Positions 44,148 to 54,800 of a DNA stretch of 64,000 nucleotides are shown here, one piece after another. Both the position numbers and the translations under genes were made by a program. Each line of letters starts with the position of its first letter. Position 1 is the stretch's first letter. The notes beneath the pieces are model-generated. The model saw nothing but the letters and a program-made list of their open reading frames with translations, ran no database searches and was not told the DNA's origin. The DNA is from Thermoplasmata archaeon (GTDB lineage: Archaea; Thermoplasmatota; E2; JACPAO01; JAHFTW01), in NCBI GenBank assembly GCA_034667725.1, contig JAXDQS010000010.1, positions 288,001 through 352,000 of the forward strand, in the 5' to 3' direction.

Positions 44148-45227
44148 CTACGGGTTGACGCCGACGCCGCTGCCGTTGCCGGGCCCGCCCCAGGCGTACT
44201 TGTCGCCGCCGAGGCTGCGGACGTTGTAATACGGGGAGTCGCCGGTCAGGAAGGTCGGGGCGCTCTTGATCCAGCACACCCAGTTCTTGGCGTCCACGTC
44301 GCAGGGCGTCGAGAACTGGGAGGCGGCCGCGCTGGTGGCGTAGTTGCCGTTGCCCATGTCGGTGGCGGGCTTCGGGAGGCCGGAGACGACGGTGCCGTCG
44401 TACACTTCGCCGAACCATTGGACCTGGCTGTCCTGGGTGAACGTGCCGCTCCACATGGTGCCGGGGAAGTAGCCGACCCACTGGTTGGTCCACCAGGCCC
44501 ACCAGTTGCCGCCGTAGTACACGTAGCCCATGTAGGAGTTGGTGCCGGCGGCGACGACCTTGCCGGGCACGATGGAGGAACTGTACTGGACCCAGCCGCA
44601 GCCGTTGTAGCACTTGGGGACGCCGTTGACCCAGGAGAACACGAACAGCCGCACGTCGCCGGTGCCGCCGTAGTCGCGGCTCTTGGTCCAGCCGATCTCG
44701 ACGATGTTGCGGGTGCCGCCGCCGCCCGCGATGACGGCGATCTCGTTGAGGGAGTGGACGCCGGCCGCGCCGGAGATGGCGGGGTTCTGGACCGTCGTGG
44801 TCATGCCGCCGCCGTCCCGGCTGCCCGCGGCGGGCGCGGGGTCGTAGAGGGTGGCGTAGAAGTAGGGCGCCGACGCGCCGAAGGCGGGCGGCTGCCACCC
44901 GCGCAGGTCGCTCGGGGGGATCGGCTGCGGCCGCTGGCCCTCGGGGCAAAGCGGCGCCGGGTCGGGCACCGGCGGCAGCACGAGGGACGTCTGCACCGTG
45001 CCTGGGGTCAGGTCGCCGACCGGCTGCAGCAGGTCGCTCACCGTGACGGGCGCGAACGGGAACGGCGGCGGCGAGGCCACCTCGTAGGCCTGGGCGCAGT
45101 AGTAGGACGGGTCCGGCTCGGGGTCGGACGCCGCCGGGGTCGTCGCCGCGAACAGCGCGACCAGGAGGACCGCGGGAAGCCACGCGCGGCCGGAATGCCT
45201 TCTGCCAGAGCTGGGGTTGCTGGGCAT
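44148..45227 (-). CDS. Secreted neprosin-family glutamic peptidase
   Basis: Signal peptide; NIVEIGW, RLFVFSW...CYN..GWVQ, GNWW...VGYFP, VQWFGEV. Confidence 0.8.
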   Translation of the reverse strand: MPSNPSSGRRHSGRAWLPAVLLVALFAATTPAASDPEPDPSYYCAQAYEVASPPPFPFAPVTVSDLLQPVGDLTPGTVQTSLVLPPVPDPAPLCPEGQRPQPIPPSDLRGWQPPAFGASAPYFYATLYDPAPAAGSRDGGGMTTTVQNPAISGAAGVHSLNEIAVIAGGGGTRNIVEIGWTKSRDYGGTGDVRLFVFSWVNGVPKCYNGCGWVQYSSSIVPGKVVAAGTNSYMGYVYYGGNWWAWWTNQWVGYFPGTMWSGTFTQDSQVQWFGEVYDGTVVSGLPKPATDMGNGNYATSAAASQFSTPCDVDAKNWVCWIKSAPTFLTGDSPYYNVRSLGGDKYAWGGPGNGSGVGVNP

Positions 45228-45333
45228 GGCACGCGACCGGCCCCGCTTTACATAACAGCTTTGGATAATGGCGACTCGATGCCCGGCCAGCAGCCATACG
45301 GTTATCACCTGCCGCCTCGTCGAAACGCCCAGG

Positions 45334-46422
45334 ATGACAGGCCCGCGCCTCGAGCGTCCCGCGCCCAAGCCGATCGGCCCGGTGGCCACTGAGCGCCAGT
45401 GGACTCCCGCCGAGGTCGAGGTTGAGGCCCGCCGCCTGGAGGGGCGCATCGCCCAGCCGGCCCGCTGGGGGCGCGAGATGTGCCGCATGATCGCGCCGCT
45501 CACGCTGGAGGTCAACCGCCTCAAGGCCGAGACGGACACCATCATCCTGGCCCACTCCTACCAGACCCCCGACATCGTGTACGGCGTCGCGGACGAGGTC
45601 GGCGACTCCTACGGCCTGTCCAAGAAGGCGATGCAGGCCAGCCAGAAGCAGATCCTGTTCTCCAGCGTCCGCTTCATGGCCGAGACCGCCAAGCTGCTGA
45701 ACCCCCAGAAGCGCGTCCTGATCCCCGAGCCCACCGCCGGATGCAGCCTGGCCGACGGCGTCACCCCCGAGGACGTCCGCCGCCTGCGCGCCGCCCACCC
45801 CGGCGTCCCCGTCATGGGCTACGTCAACACCACCGCCGCCGTCAAGGCCGAGCTCGACGTGGTCTGCACCAGCGCCAACTACCTCGCCATCGCCAAGCGC
45901 CTCCCCGGCGACGAGCTGATCTTCGTCCCCGACCGCTTCATGGGCGCCCACCTCCAGGCCGAGCTGCCCCACAAGCGCGTCCACATCCACAGCGGCGAGT
46001 GCGAGGTGCACGTCCAGTTCGACGCCGCCAGCGCCCGCGCCTGGAGGGCCCAAGCCAAATCCGAAGGCCGCGACCTCGTCATCCTCGCCCACCCCGAGTG
46101 CGACCCCAAGGTCCTGTTGGAGGCCGACTTCGTGGGCTCGACCGAGAAGATGATGGACTACGCCCGCAAGCTGGAGGCCTCGGGCAAGGTGGACGTCATG
46201 CCGATCACCGAGTGCGGCACGGCCGACCGGATGCGCGCCGAGATGCCGAGCCTGCAGATCTACGGCGCCTGCGTCCAGTGCCCGCACATGAAGAAGACCG
46301 GGCTGCCGGCGATTCTGCAGGCGTTGCAGGCGCCGCGGCCGGACCAGGTCGTCGAGATTCCGGCGGCCATCGCGGCGCGGGCCCGGCGCAGCCTGGACGA
46401 GATGTTCCGGCTGGCCGAGTGA
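45334..46422 (+). CDS. nadA: Quinolinate synthase
   Basis: ILAHSYQ, GDS, FMAETAK, GCSLA, YVNT, CTSAN, HPEC, CPHMK. Confidence 0.93.
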   Translation: MTGPRLERPAPKPIGPVATERQWTPAEVEVEARRLEGRIAQPARWGREMCRMIAPLTLEVNRLKAETDTIILAHSYQTPDIVYGVADEVGDSYGLSKKAMQASQKQILFSSVRFMAETAKLLNPQKRVLIPEPTAGCSLADGVTPEDVRRLRAAHPGVPVMGYVNTTAAVKAELDVVCTSANYLAIAKRLPGDELIFVPDRFMGAHLQAELPHKRVHIHSGECEVHVQFDAASARAWRAQAKSEGRDLVILAHPECDPKVLLEADFVGSTEKMMDYARKLEASGKVDVMPITECGTADRMRAEMPSLQIYGACVQCPHMKKTGLPAILQALQAPRPDQVVEIPAAIAARARRSLDEMFRLAE

Positions 46423-46439
46423 GGCCCCGCCCCCACTAG

Positions 46440-46488
46440 ACACAGATTCCCACAGACCCATTTGGAAAAGGTCTGTGGAATCTGTGTT
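46440..46488. terminator. Inverted repeat between convergent genes
   Basis: ACACAGATTCCCACAGACC ... GGTCTGTGGAATCTGTGT. Confidence 0.55.
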
Positions 46489-46496
46489 TCGTCGGC

Positions 46497-47396
46497 TTAC
46501 TTGCGACGGGCCACGAGCGCCGCGCCCAGGATGCCCAAGGCGGCCACGAGGGCCATGCCGTCGGGCGCCGGCTCGGAGTCGGTGCCGGGCGTGACGCCGT
46601 CCGGGTTGCCGTTGACGAACACCCAGTCGTGGTCCTTGGCGAGCTGGGCGGGGCCGTCCTTGCCGGTCTCCTTCAAGAGGATGTGGCTGTAGTTGTGGAA
46701 CTTGACGTGCGCCTCGGTCCACGCGCCGGCGGGGGCCTTGTAGGTGATGTTGAAGGTCTTCACGGCGGGCGGCTCGTAGACCTCCGACTGGAAGCCTTGG
46801 ATGGTGCCGCGGTCGGCCTGGATGTTGGTGAACATCACCATGCTGCGGGCGTTGGCGTCGATGGTGACGCGCAGCTGGAACGTGACCTCCCCCGACGTCA
46901 TGGTGTAGGGGAAGGTGATGCTCGGCGTGATGGTGTGCGCCGCGTGGTAGGTGACGTTGTAGCTGCCCGCCTTGGTCTGGGTCTCGTCGCCGAGGGTGGC
47001 GGTGACGTTGACGGTCTGGTTCACGACGCCGGGCGCGAGGGGGCCGGCCTTCAGCTTGAGGACGCCCTGGCCGGTGATGGCGCCGCTGGGGGCGGCCGTC
47101 GGGGGGATGGGGCCCGTGCAGTCGGCGGGGTCGTAGCTGAGGGTGAGCGGGGCGGATAGGTTCAGCCACGCCGGCGGGTTGGCCAGCGTGAAGGTCGCCT
47201 CGGCGGCGGTCTCGCCGGGCGCCAGGCTCTGCAGCAGCACGCCGCAGCCGACGACCAAGGTCACGGGAAGGTCGCCGGTGCCGTTGTAGGGGATGTTGGC
47301 GGCGTGGCCGACGGTGAGCTCGAAGGCGTCGGCCTGGGCTTGGGCCTGCGGCGCGGCAAGAAGGGCGGCGGCCAGCAGCAGGAGCGGGATGCGCAT
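46497..47396 (-). CDS. Surface protein with PGF-CTERM-like tail
   Basis: Signal peptide; ends APDGMALVAALGILGAALVARRK. Confidence 0.8.
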   Translation of the reverse strand: MRIPLLLLAAALLAAPQAQAQADAFELTVGHAANIPYNGTGDLPVTLVVGCGVLLQSLAPGETAAEATFTLANPPAWLNLSAPLTLSYDPADCTGPIPPTAAPSGAITGQGVLKLKAGPLAPGVVNQTVNVTATLGDETQTKAGSYNVTYHAAHTITPSITFPYTMTSGEVTFQLRVTIDANARSMVMFTNIQADRGTIQGFQSEVYEPPAVKTFNITYKAPAGAWTEAHVKFHNYSHILLKETGKDGPAQLAKDHDWVFVNGNPDGVTPGTDSEPAPDGMALVAALGILGAALVARRK

Positions 47397-47440
47397 CGTC
47401 TTGCCCACGATGCCCGTTGATATATGGGGTTTCTGGAGAA

Positions 47441-48205
47441 TCAGCCGATCTCCATCGGGCTGAGAATCTTCTGCAAAAGCGCGATGGCGGACAAGGAGGC
47501 GAGGTAGCTGGTGGCCGGGTTGGTGGGGCTGGGGAGGTTCTCGACCTCGATGCGGGCGCGGCCGAACGAGCCCTCGATGATGACCTTGTGCGAGTTGCGG
47601 GTGGCAAGCGGGTCGACGGCGACCTGGACATGGGTCTGGTCGAAGCCGAGCCCGGCCAGCGCGAGGGTGGCGGCGACATTGACGTTCTTGGGGAAGCGCG
47701 CCACCGCCTCGCGCGCCGGCCCGGAGAACAGCAGCGTCCAGCGGTCGGTGCCCTTGTCGAGGCCCGCCGGCGGCTTGGTGGTCACCAGCGTCACCGACTT
47801 CAGGTCCCCCATGGCGGCGGAGCGCACGCCGTCGACGCCCATGACGGCGCCGCTGGGGAGGTAGATCTTGCCGCCGGCGCGGCGCGCCAGGCCCAGCAAA
47901 TCCTCCCGCAGCGCGTCGTCGGCCAAGGCGCCGATGGTGAGGACCATGGCCTTCTTGCCGGCGGCCAAGGCGTCGCGGACGGCGGTCTGGACGACGCCCT
48001 TGTTGGCGCATTCGACCAGCAGGTCGCAGCGGGCCACCACGTCCGCCGCGTCCTGGGCGATGCGGGCGCGCGGCAGGGCGCGCAGCACGGCCGTGGCGTC
48101 GGGGTCGATGTCGTAGAGCCATAGCTCCGTCACGCCGTCCATCGTGCTGGCCGCGCGCGCGACCTGGCTGCCGATGGCGCCGCATCCGACGATGCCGACC
48201 TTCAC
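47441..48205 (-). CDS. nadX: L-aspartate dehydrogenase
   Basis: GCGAIG, VECA, PSGAVMGVD, TTKPP, FPKNVNVAA, NTHE-like NSHK, NPATS. Confidence 0.9.
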   Translation of the reverse strand: MKVGIVGCGAIGSQVARAASTMDGVTELWLYDIDPDATAVLRALPRARIAQDAADVVARCDLLVECANKGVVQTAVRDALAAGKKAMVLTIGALADDALREDLLGLARRAGGKIYLPSGAVMGVDGVRSAAMGDLKSVTLVTTKPPAGLDKGTDRWTLLFSGPAREAVARFPKNVNVAATLALAGLGFDQTHVQVAVDPLATRNSHKVIIEGSFGRARIEVENLPSPTNPATSYLASLSAIALLQKILSPMEIG

Positions 48206-48245
48206 GCAGGCGGCGAGCCGCGGCCTGCGGAAAGCCGTGCCGCCG

Positions 48246-49166
48246 TCAGTAGCGGCGGCGCGCGGCGGCCGCGACCGCGAGCACCGCGAGGGCGGCGGCG
48301 AACGCGGGCACGGGCGGGGAGGCGCGGGCGGGCGGGGCGGCCTCGCCGTGGGGGGCGGTGGCGCGGGCCAGCAGGTTGACCTGGATGGTGAAGCCGGCCT
48401 CGTCGCCGAGGGTGGAGCGCGGCGTGATTTCGACCCCGAAAGACTCCTCGCCGGCCTGCTCGGCGTGGTACTTGATGGGCAGCAGGACGGTGGCGCCGCG
48501 GGCGAGGAGGGTCGGGGGCGGCAGCTCGAGCTGGCCGTTGCGCGGCGCGTCGGCGGGCGCGAACTCGAGCAGGGTGAGGGCGTTGCCGAGGTTGGTGACC
48601 TCGACGACATAGGTGAGCGTCTCGCCGGCGGCGCCTTTCAGGATGGTGGTGGCGACGCTGGCTGTGAGGAGCCCTTGGTAGGCGACCCGGACGATGGCGC
48701 TGCGGGACGCGGGCGGCGCGTTTTGGCCGGTGTCCGGGGCGGGCTGCTGCAAGGTGGCCTGGAAGCGCAGTTCGAGGGGGGTCTCGCCGAGGGCTTGCTC
48801 GCTGGCCGTGACGCTGAACTGGCCCGTGCCGGTGGTCTCCATCTTGCTCACGCAGTCGGGAAGGGGCGCCGCCACGGTCAGGGCGCCGACGAGGTCGATG
48901 CCGAGGGGCGTCTCGGGCGTCTCGAACTCGATGAAGCTGCTGGGGACGAGGAGGCCGTGCAGGTCGCTGGCGGGGCCCTTGCACGTGATGGCCCAGGAGA
49001 CCGCGACCCGACCCACGTCCCGGTTCGCCGCGAGCGGCGTCTCCGGCACGGCGATGTCGGTGATGGCGAACTCCACGCCCGCGTCCTGCGCCATGGCGTT
49101 GGGCAGGGAGAGGAGTGCGAGGGCGAGGGCGGCGGCGAACGGCAGGGTCTGGGTCGGGATGCGCAT
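48246..49166 (-). CDS. Surface protein with PGF-CTERM-like tail
   Basis: Signal peptide; Ig-like VTNLGN; ends SPPVPAFAAALAVLAVAAAARRRY. Confidence 0.8.
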   Translation of the reverse strand: MRIPTQTLPFAAALALALLSLPNAMAQDAGVEFAITDIAVPETPLAANRDVGRVAVSWAITCKGPASDLHGLLVPSSFIEFETPETPLGIDLVGALTVAAPLPDCVSKMETTGTGQFSVTASEQALGETPLELRFQATLQQPAPDTGQNAPPASRSAIVRVAYQGLLTASVATTILKGAAGETLTYVVEVTNLGNALTLLEFAPADAPRNGQLELPPPTLLARGATVLLPIKYHAEQAGEESFGVEITPRSTLGDEAGFTIQVNLLARATAPHGEAAPPARASPPVPAFAAALAVLAVAAAARRRY

Positions 49167-49167
49167 G

Positions 49168-50046
49168 TCAAGTCCTCCGATGGGCAAAGGCAGCGGCGGC
49201 CAGGAGGGTGAGGGCGAGCAGGCCGGCGGCGGGCAGCGGCGCCGTCTCGTCGACCTCCGGCGCCTTGAACAGCACCTCGATGCGGAGGGTCGGGCCGCGC
49301 TCGGTGCTGCCCTTGGCCACCGGGGTCACCTCGAGCGCCATGACCTGCGAGGTCCAGATGCCGGCCGGCGCCTCGAAGGTCGCCTCGACGTCCTGGCTGG
49401 CGCCGCGCGCCAACTCGACGGCCGGCATGGTGAGGGTGCCGCCGACGGTGGCGTTGCGGGGCGTTGCCTTGGCCTCGAGCCGGACGGCGACGTTGCCGAC
49501 GTTGGTGAACCGGAGCGGCACCTTGGCGGTGGGCCCCTCCATGCCGATCACGGGCTGGGGCGCGCTGACCTGGAGGAACGGGACGGCGGCGGCCTTGAGG
49601 GTGAAGTTGGCCTCGGCCTCCTCGGCGGGTGCCGCGGCGGCCGCGAACTCCGGGATGCTGGCCACGACGCGGGAGTCCTGCGGGGTCAGCGCCTCGAACC
49701 CGCTGCCTTGCAGGCTGGCCAGGTAGACGATGCTGGCGCTGCTGCGCTCGGTCGTCGGCTCCAGGCATGGGGCCACCTCCACCAGGATGGCCTCGGGGCC
49801 GGACCAGGTGACCGGGGCGTCGCCGTTGCGCTCGACCTGGATTTCGACGTGCTCGGCCAGCCGGCCGGCGGCGGTGCGGGCCAAGACCTGCGGGCAGTCC
49901 AGGCTCACCGTCACCGTGGCGTTGGCCGAGGTCAGGCCGGGGCGCACGACGTCGGCGTCCAGGCCGACGCTGACCTGCAAGTCCGCGGCGGCCGCGGGGA
50001 CCAGCACGAGGACAGCCAGCAGGGCAAGGACGGCCAAGCCGCGCAT
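49168..50046 (-). CDS. Surface protein with PGF-CTERM-like tail
   Basis: Signal peptide; FTNVGN; ends APLPAAGLLALTLLAAAAFAHRRT. Confidence 0.8.
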   Translation of the reverse strand: MRGLAVLALLAVLVLVPAAAADLQVSVGLDADVVRPGLTSANATVTVSLDCPQVLARTAAGRLAEHVEIQVERNGDAPVTWSGPEAILVEVAPCLEPTTERSSASIVYLASLQGSGFEALTPQDSRVVASIPEFAAAAAPAEEAEANFTLKAAAVPFLQVSAPQPVIGMEGPTAKVPLRFTNVGNVAVRLEAKATPRNATVGGTLTMPAVELARGASQDVEATFEAPAGIWTSQVMALEVTPVAKGSTERGPTLRIEVLFKAPEVDETAPLPAAGLLALTLLAAAAFAHRRT

Positions 50047-50121
50047 GGGCGGCGACACCCCTCCTGGTTCAAGAGTGCGCTGGTGCGCTCGTTTGAAATG
50101 GCGGGCCCAGGTGGATGCCGC

Positions 50122-50952
50122 GTGCAGGCGCCGGCGACGGTCGACTGGCTGGGGCTCTACCTGCTGGAGGACCTCGGCCCCGGCGACGTCACCTCCGAGA
50201 CCCTGCTGCCCCACTCCGAAGGCCGCGCCCGGGTCGTCGCCCGCGGCCGCACCCTGGTGGCCGGCGCCCGGCACGCAGCCGAACTGTTCCGCCGCCTCGG
50301 CGCCGCCGCCACCGTCCAGGTCGCCGACGGCGCCTGGGCGGAGCCCGGCGCCACGGTGCTGGCGGTGCAGGGGCCGGCGCGGGCCATCCTGGCCGGCGAG
50401 CGCACGGCGCTGAACCTGCTGGCCCGCATGGGCGGCATCGCGACGGCGACCCGGGCGCTGGCGGACCAAGGCGTGCGGGTGGCGGGCACCCGCAAGACCA
50501 CGCCGGGCTTCCGGGCCTTCGAGAAGGAGGCCATCGCGATCGGCGGCGGCGACCCGCACCGCATGGGCCTGTGGGACGCCGCCATGGTCAAGGACAACCA
50601 CCTGGCCGCCGTCGGGGGCGACGTGGCGGCCGCGGTGCGGCTGCTGCGCGAGCGCCATCCGGGCTTGGTGGTGGAGTGCGAGGTCGAGCGGCGCGAGGAC
50701 GCCTTGGCCGCGGCGGCCGCTGGCGCGCACTGGATCCTCGTCGACAACCAGCCGCCCGAGGTGGGCCGGGTCTGGGCCGAGGAGGTGGCGCGGCTGCACC
50801 CGGGCGTGCGCTTCGAGGCCTCCGGTGGCGTGACCCCGCAGACCGTCTTGGCCTACGCCTGGGCCGACCGCGTCAGCCTGGGCTGGCTGACCCAGAAGGC
50901 GCCCGCCTCCGACTTCGCGCTCGACTGGGACCCGGAGCCCGCGTCCCCATGA
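50122..50952 (+). CDS. nadC: Quinolinate phosphoribosyltransferase
   Basis: EDLGPGDVTS, ERTALN, GTRKTTPG, HRMGL.DAAMVKDNH, EASGG. Confidence 0.93.
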   Translation: MQAPATVDWLGLYLLEDLGPGDVTSETLLPHSEGRARVVARGRTLVAGARHAAELFRRLGAAATVQVADGAWAEPGATVLAVQGPARAILAGERTALNLLARMGGIATATRALADQGVRVAGTRKTTPGFRAFEKEAIAIGGGDPHRMGLWDAAMVKDNHLAAVGGDVAAAVRLLRERHPGLVVECEVERREDALAAAAAGAHWILVDNQPPEVGRVWAEEVARLHPGVRFEASGGVTPQTVLAYAWADRVSLGWLTQKAPASDFALDWDPEPASP

Positions 50953-51692
50953 CCGCCACCAACATCCCCGCCGGCCACCCGCGCGCGCACAGCCTCCGGG
51001 TCCGCGAGGCGATGAAGGACGCGGTCGCCGCCGGCCTGGTCCACCCCACCGGCCTGATCGCGCATGGCCGGGGCGAGGCGTTCGACTACCTCCTGGGGGA
51101 ACGGACCCCGCCCGAGGCCGTCGCCGCCATCCATGAAGCCGCGCTCATGCTTTCCGGCGCCCGCCAGCCGGTCCTGAGCCTGAACGGCAACGTGGTGGCG
51201 CTGGCGGCGGCGCAATGCCTGGAGGTGGCGGCCGCGCTGCCCAGCCTCCGGCTGGAGGTCAACCTGTTCCACCGCACCCCTGAGCGGGTCCTGCGCCTGC
51301 TGGACGCGATGGCCGCCGCGGGCGCCGCCCCCGACCAGGTGCTGGGGGCCGCGCCCGACTTCCGCATCCCAGGCCTCGACTCCGACCGCGCCCGCTGCTG
51401 CAAGGCCGGCATCGGCGGCGCCGACGTCGTGCTGGTCCCCCTCGAGGACGGCGACCGCTGCCAAGCCCTCAAGGCGATGGGCAAGCAGGTCGTCACGGTG
51501 GACCTCAACCCCCTGTCCCGGACGGCGCGGGCGGCCGACGTCACCATCGTGGACGAGCTGACGCGCGCCCTGCCCCTGCTGGCGGCGGCGCTGCGCGCGC
51601 CGGCCAGCTTGCGGGGGGCGTTCTCGAACCGCGCCAACCTGGAGGCGGTGCAGCGCAGGATGGCGGCGCGGCTCGGGGAGCCATTGGGGTGA
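50949..51692 (+). CDS. Phosphopantothenate synthetase (archaeal)
   Basis: HPR..SL..RE, GLIAHGRGEAFDYLLGE, VPLEDGDR, DLNPLSRT. Confidence 0.92.
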   Translation: MTATNIPAGHPRAHSLRVREAMKDAVAAGLVHPTGLIAHGRGEAFDYLLGERTPPEAVAAIHEAALMLSGARQPVLSLNGNVVALAAAQCLEVAAALPSLRLEVNLFHRTPERVLRLLDAMAAAGAAPDQVLGAAPDFRIPGLDSDRARCCKAGIGGADVVLVPLEDGDRCQALKAMGKQVVTVDLNPLSRTARAADVTIVDELTRALPLLAAALRAPASLRGAFSNRANLEAVQRRMAARLGEPLG

Positions 51693-51866
51693 TGGACGTG
51701 GCCTTTTCCATCAGCAATCCTTTTGCAGGGGTTCCTTCCGCGATCGACCGTCATTTGGAGCTTGCGATTCTTGCTCGTGGGGGGCCATGAATCAAAATGC
51801 TTAACTAGCCTCAAATCCACGTGCGGCCCGCAACGGGGCTTCGCGGCCCCGGTCTTCGGTGTACCA

Positions 51867-54800
51867 ATGCCTGCCGCCCGATTTTCCCGCATCCTGGCCC
51901 CCGCCCTCGCCTTCGTGATGGTGGCCACCCTGTTGGCGACCCCCGCGAGCGCGGTGGCCCCCTTCACCAACTCCGTGGTGGACGCCCAGCTCGTCACCGA
52001 CTACGGCGCCGGCGGCCCCTTCGGCTCCTGGCAGAAGCAGTACGAGTGGACGACGCTCTACCTGCACTCCTCGTGCGCCGAGAACGTGGTGGGTCCCGAG
52101 CCCACCGAGGACTACTCGGACTGCATCCCGGCCGGGGCTGCGACCCACCTTCTGGACACCCAGTACCCGACCAAGACCTACGGCAACGTGATGCTGCTGG
52201 AGCCCGTCGACACCACCAGCGGCCTCGGGCCCACCCTGACGGCGGGCAACTACGCCGACTTCCCCAACGCCGCCCCCTGCGTCAACGACTACCTGGTCAC
52301 CGCGGACACCCTCATCTCCGGCTTCGACAGCACCATCTGGATGTCCGGCGACCGCATCAACTCCAACCGCCTCCGCGTCGTCGCCACCCTGCTGGACGGC
52401 TCCAGCGGCGCCTGCAGCCCCACCGGCAGCAACCTGGCCACCTTCGACCTCACCAGCTCCACCCCGGCCCCCCAGTCCTGGTCCCCCATCGACCCCACCA
52501 CCGGCGTGTTCTCCGGCGCCATCGACATCCCGAGCGCCCACGGCACCGAGCACGGCCTCCTCGTCAAGGCCGGCAGCCGCCTCCGCTTCTCCATCGGCCT
52601 CGTCACCGACGACACCTGGACCCTGGGCGACGGCGGCGCCAACGTCCTGCTCGACGGCGTGGACGTCGCCTCGCGCGTCCGCGTCCACAGCGACTCGGCC
52701 CGCATCAACATGTGGACCGCCGACCGCTTCGGCGCCGTCGAGGACGCCTTCCCCAACAGCGCCATCGCCCCCATCGCGGACCGCAAGGTGTTCTTCAACG
52801 CCGTCCAGTTCGACCCCTTCGGCCACACCCAGGCCTGCCCCAGCGTCCCCGCGGCCGCCAACGGCTGCCCGCGCGACGCCATCGAGGAGCACGACATGCG
52901 GCTGCGCATCAAGGACGTCACGCCGACGCACACCGCCATCAACGGCTTCTGCTCCAGCGGCTTCCTGTGCTACGACCGCTACGTCAAGCTCGACCTCGGC
53001 CAAGGCCTGCAGGACAACGACGGCGGCAACCGCGACTCGTTCCTGGGCTGCTGCGACGAGCCCGCCATCCGCCCCATCAAGGCCCCTGCCACCACGGCGG
53101 ACAACAAGGAGGGCATCCAGCGCTACGCCTACACCTTCGTGTACGGCCAGACGTTCCCGGACGGCCTGTACCAGATCGAGTTCCAGGACCGCACCGAGAA
53201 GTGGGTTTTCACCCGCACCTTCGAGATCGGCAACACCGGCTTCACCTTCCAGTTCCACCCCAAGGAGCAGACGGTCAACGCGGACGGCAGCATCGCCGAC
53301 CACACCGTCGCCCTCGGCGAGCTGACGAAGTACAGCATGACGATCCGCAACGACGGCCCCCGCGCCGACACCTTCGGCCTCGCGGTCCCCGTCCCCGGCC
53401 TCGGCTGGTCCGCCTCGTTCAGCCCCAGCTCCATCACGCTGAACCCCAAGCAGGAAGGCAGCGTCGAGGTCACCGTCGCGCCCGCCCCCGCGGCCCGCCC
53501 CGGCGACATCAAGGTCGTCGCGGTCACCGCCACCAGCCTGGCCGACAGCACCGTCAAGACGCTCTACACCCGCACCACCCTGACGGCCCAGGAGGAGTTC
53601 GGCATCGAGCTGAGCTCCCCGATGGACGGCATCCAGACCCGCCCGCAGGTCCCGACCAACTTCCCGCTCGACATCCGCAACGCCGGCACCGTGCTGGACC
53701 AGTACGTCCTCACCGCCTCGAACGCGCCGCCGGGCTGGGTCGTCCAGATCAACCCGAGCTTCCTGCCCGTCAAGGCGGCCAGCCGCGAGACCCTGTCGGT
53801 GCGCGTCACCGCCCCCGCCGAGGCCGCCGCCGGCTCCTCCTTCACGCTCCTCCTGAAGGCGTGCCGCACGGTCGACATGTCGGTGTGCGGCGAGCTGTCG
53901 ATGCCCGTCAACGTCTACCACGTCGACGACGTCCGCGTCAGCGCCCTCAAGGACCACATCGTGCTGCGCGACGCCGCCCTCGACCGCAGCGCCGGCGCCA
54001 CCAAGGACCGCCTGTTCGACCAGGGCCCGCTGTTCCGCGTCCTGGTGGAGAACAAGGGCGACCGCGAGGACACCATCGAGATCACCGGCGGCTGGACCCC
54101 CGGCCAAGGCGCCAACGACCGCACCAACTGCGAGGGCAGCCCCACCAACTCCGGCGACGGCGTCCCCGACGGCTGGCGCTTCAACCTCCTCGACTCCGCC
54201 AGCGGCGTCGAGGACCCCGGCCTGGTCCTCCCGGCCCCGGCCGGCGGCCGCCTGACGAAGTTCACGGCCGGCTCGCCGACCTACACCTTCCACCCGTCCC
54301 CGGCCGCCCCCCAGAAGGGCGGCGCGGGCGCCAGCACCAACTACGCCGGCGACTTCCGCCTCGGCCACCTCACCCTGGCCCCCGGCGCGTCCCAGTACGT
54401 CTTCATCGACATGTACTGGGTCCAGCCCACCGGCGCCGGCTGCCTGGCGCAGATCGCCACCAACTACCGCACCCGGATGCCGGCCCCGGTGGCCGAGTTC
54501 CGGCTCACCTACCGCAGCCTGCGCGAGGAGGCCGTCAAGGGCGCCTTGGTCCTGACCGGCGAGATCGACGGCAGCACCCGCGACGACATCGTGGCCGAGG
54601 ACGCCCGCGTCCCGGGCACCCCCCACGGCGTCCTTCTGGAGTACGCCCTCGGCCAGTCCGACATCGGCTTCGCCCCCATCAACAGCGGCTCCCCCTGGGC
54701 CACCTACAACCTGGTGCTGACCAACACGGGCCGCGAGGTCGACCACCTCAAGCTGCGCGTCGACGACGGCAAGAACGGCTGGCGCCACCAGATCCTGGCC

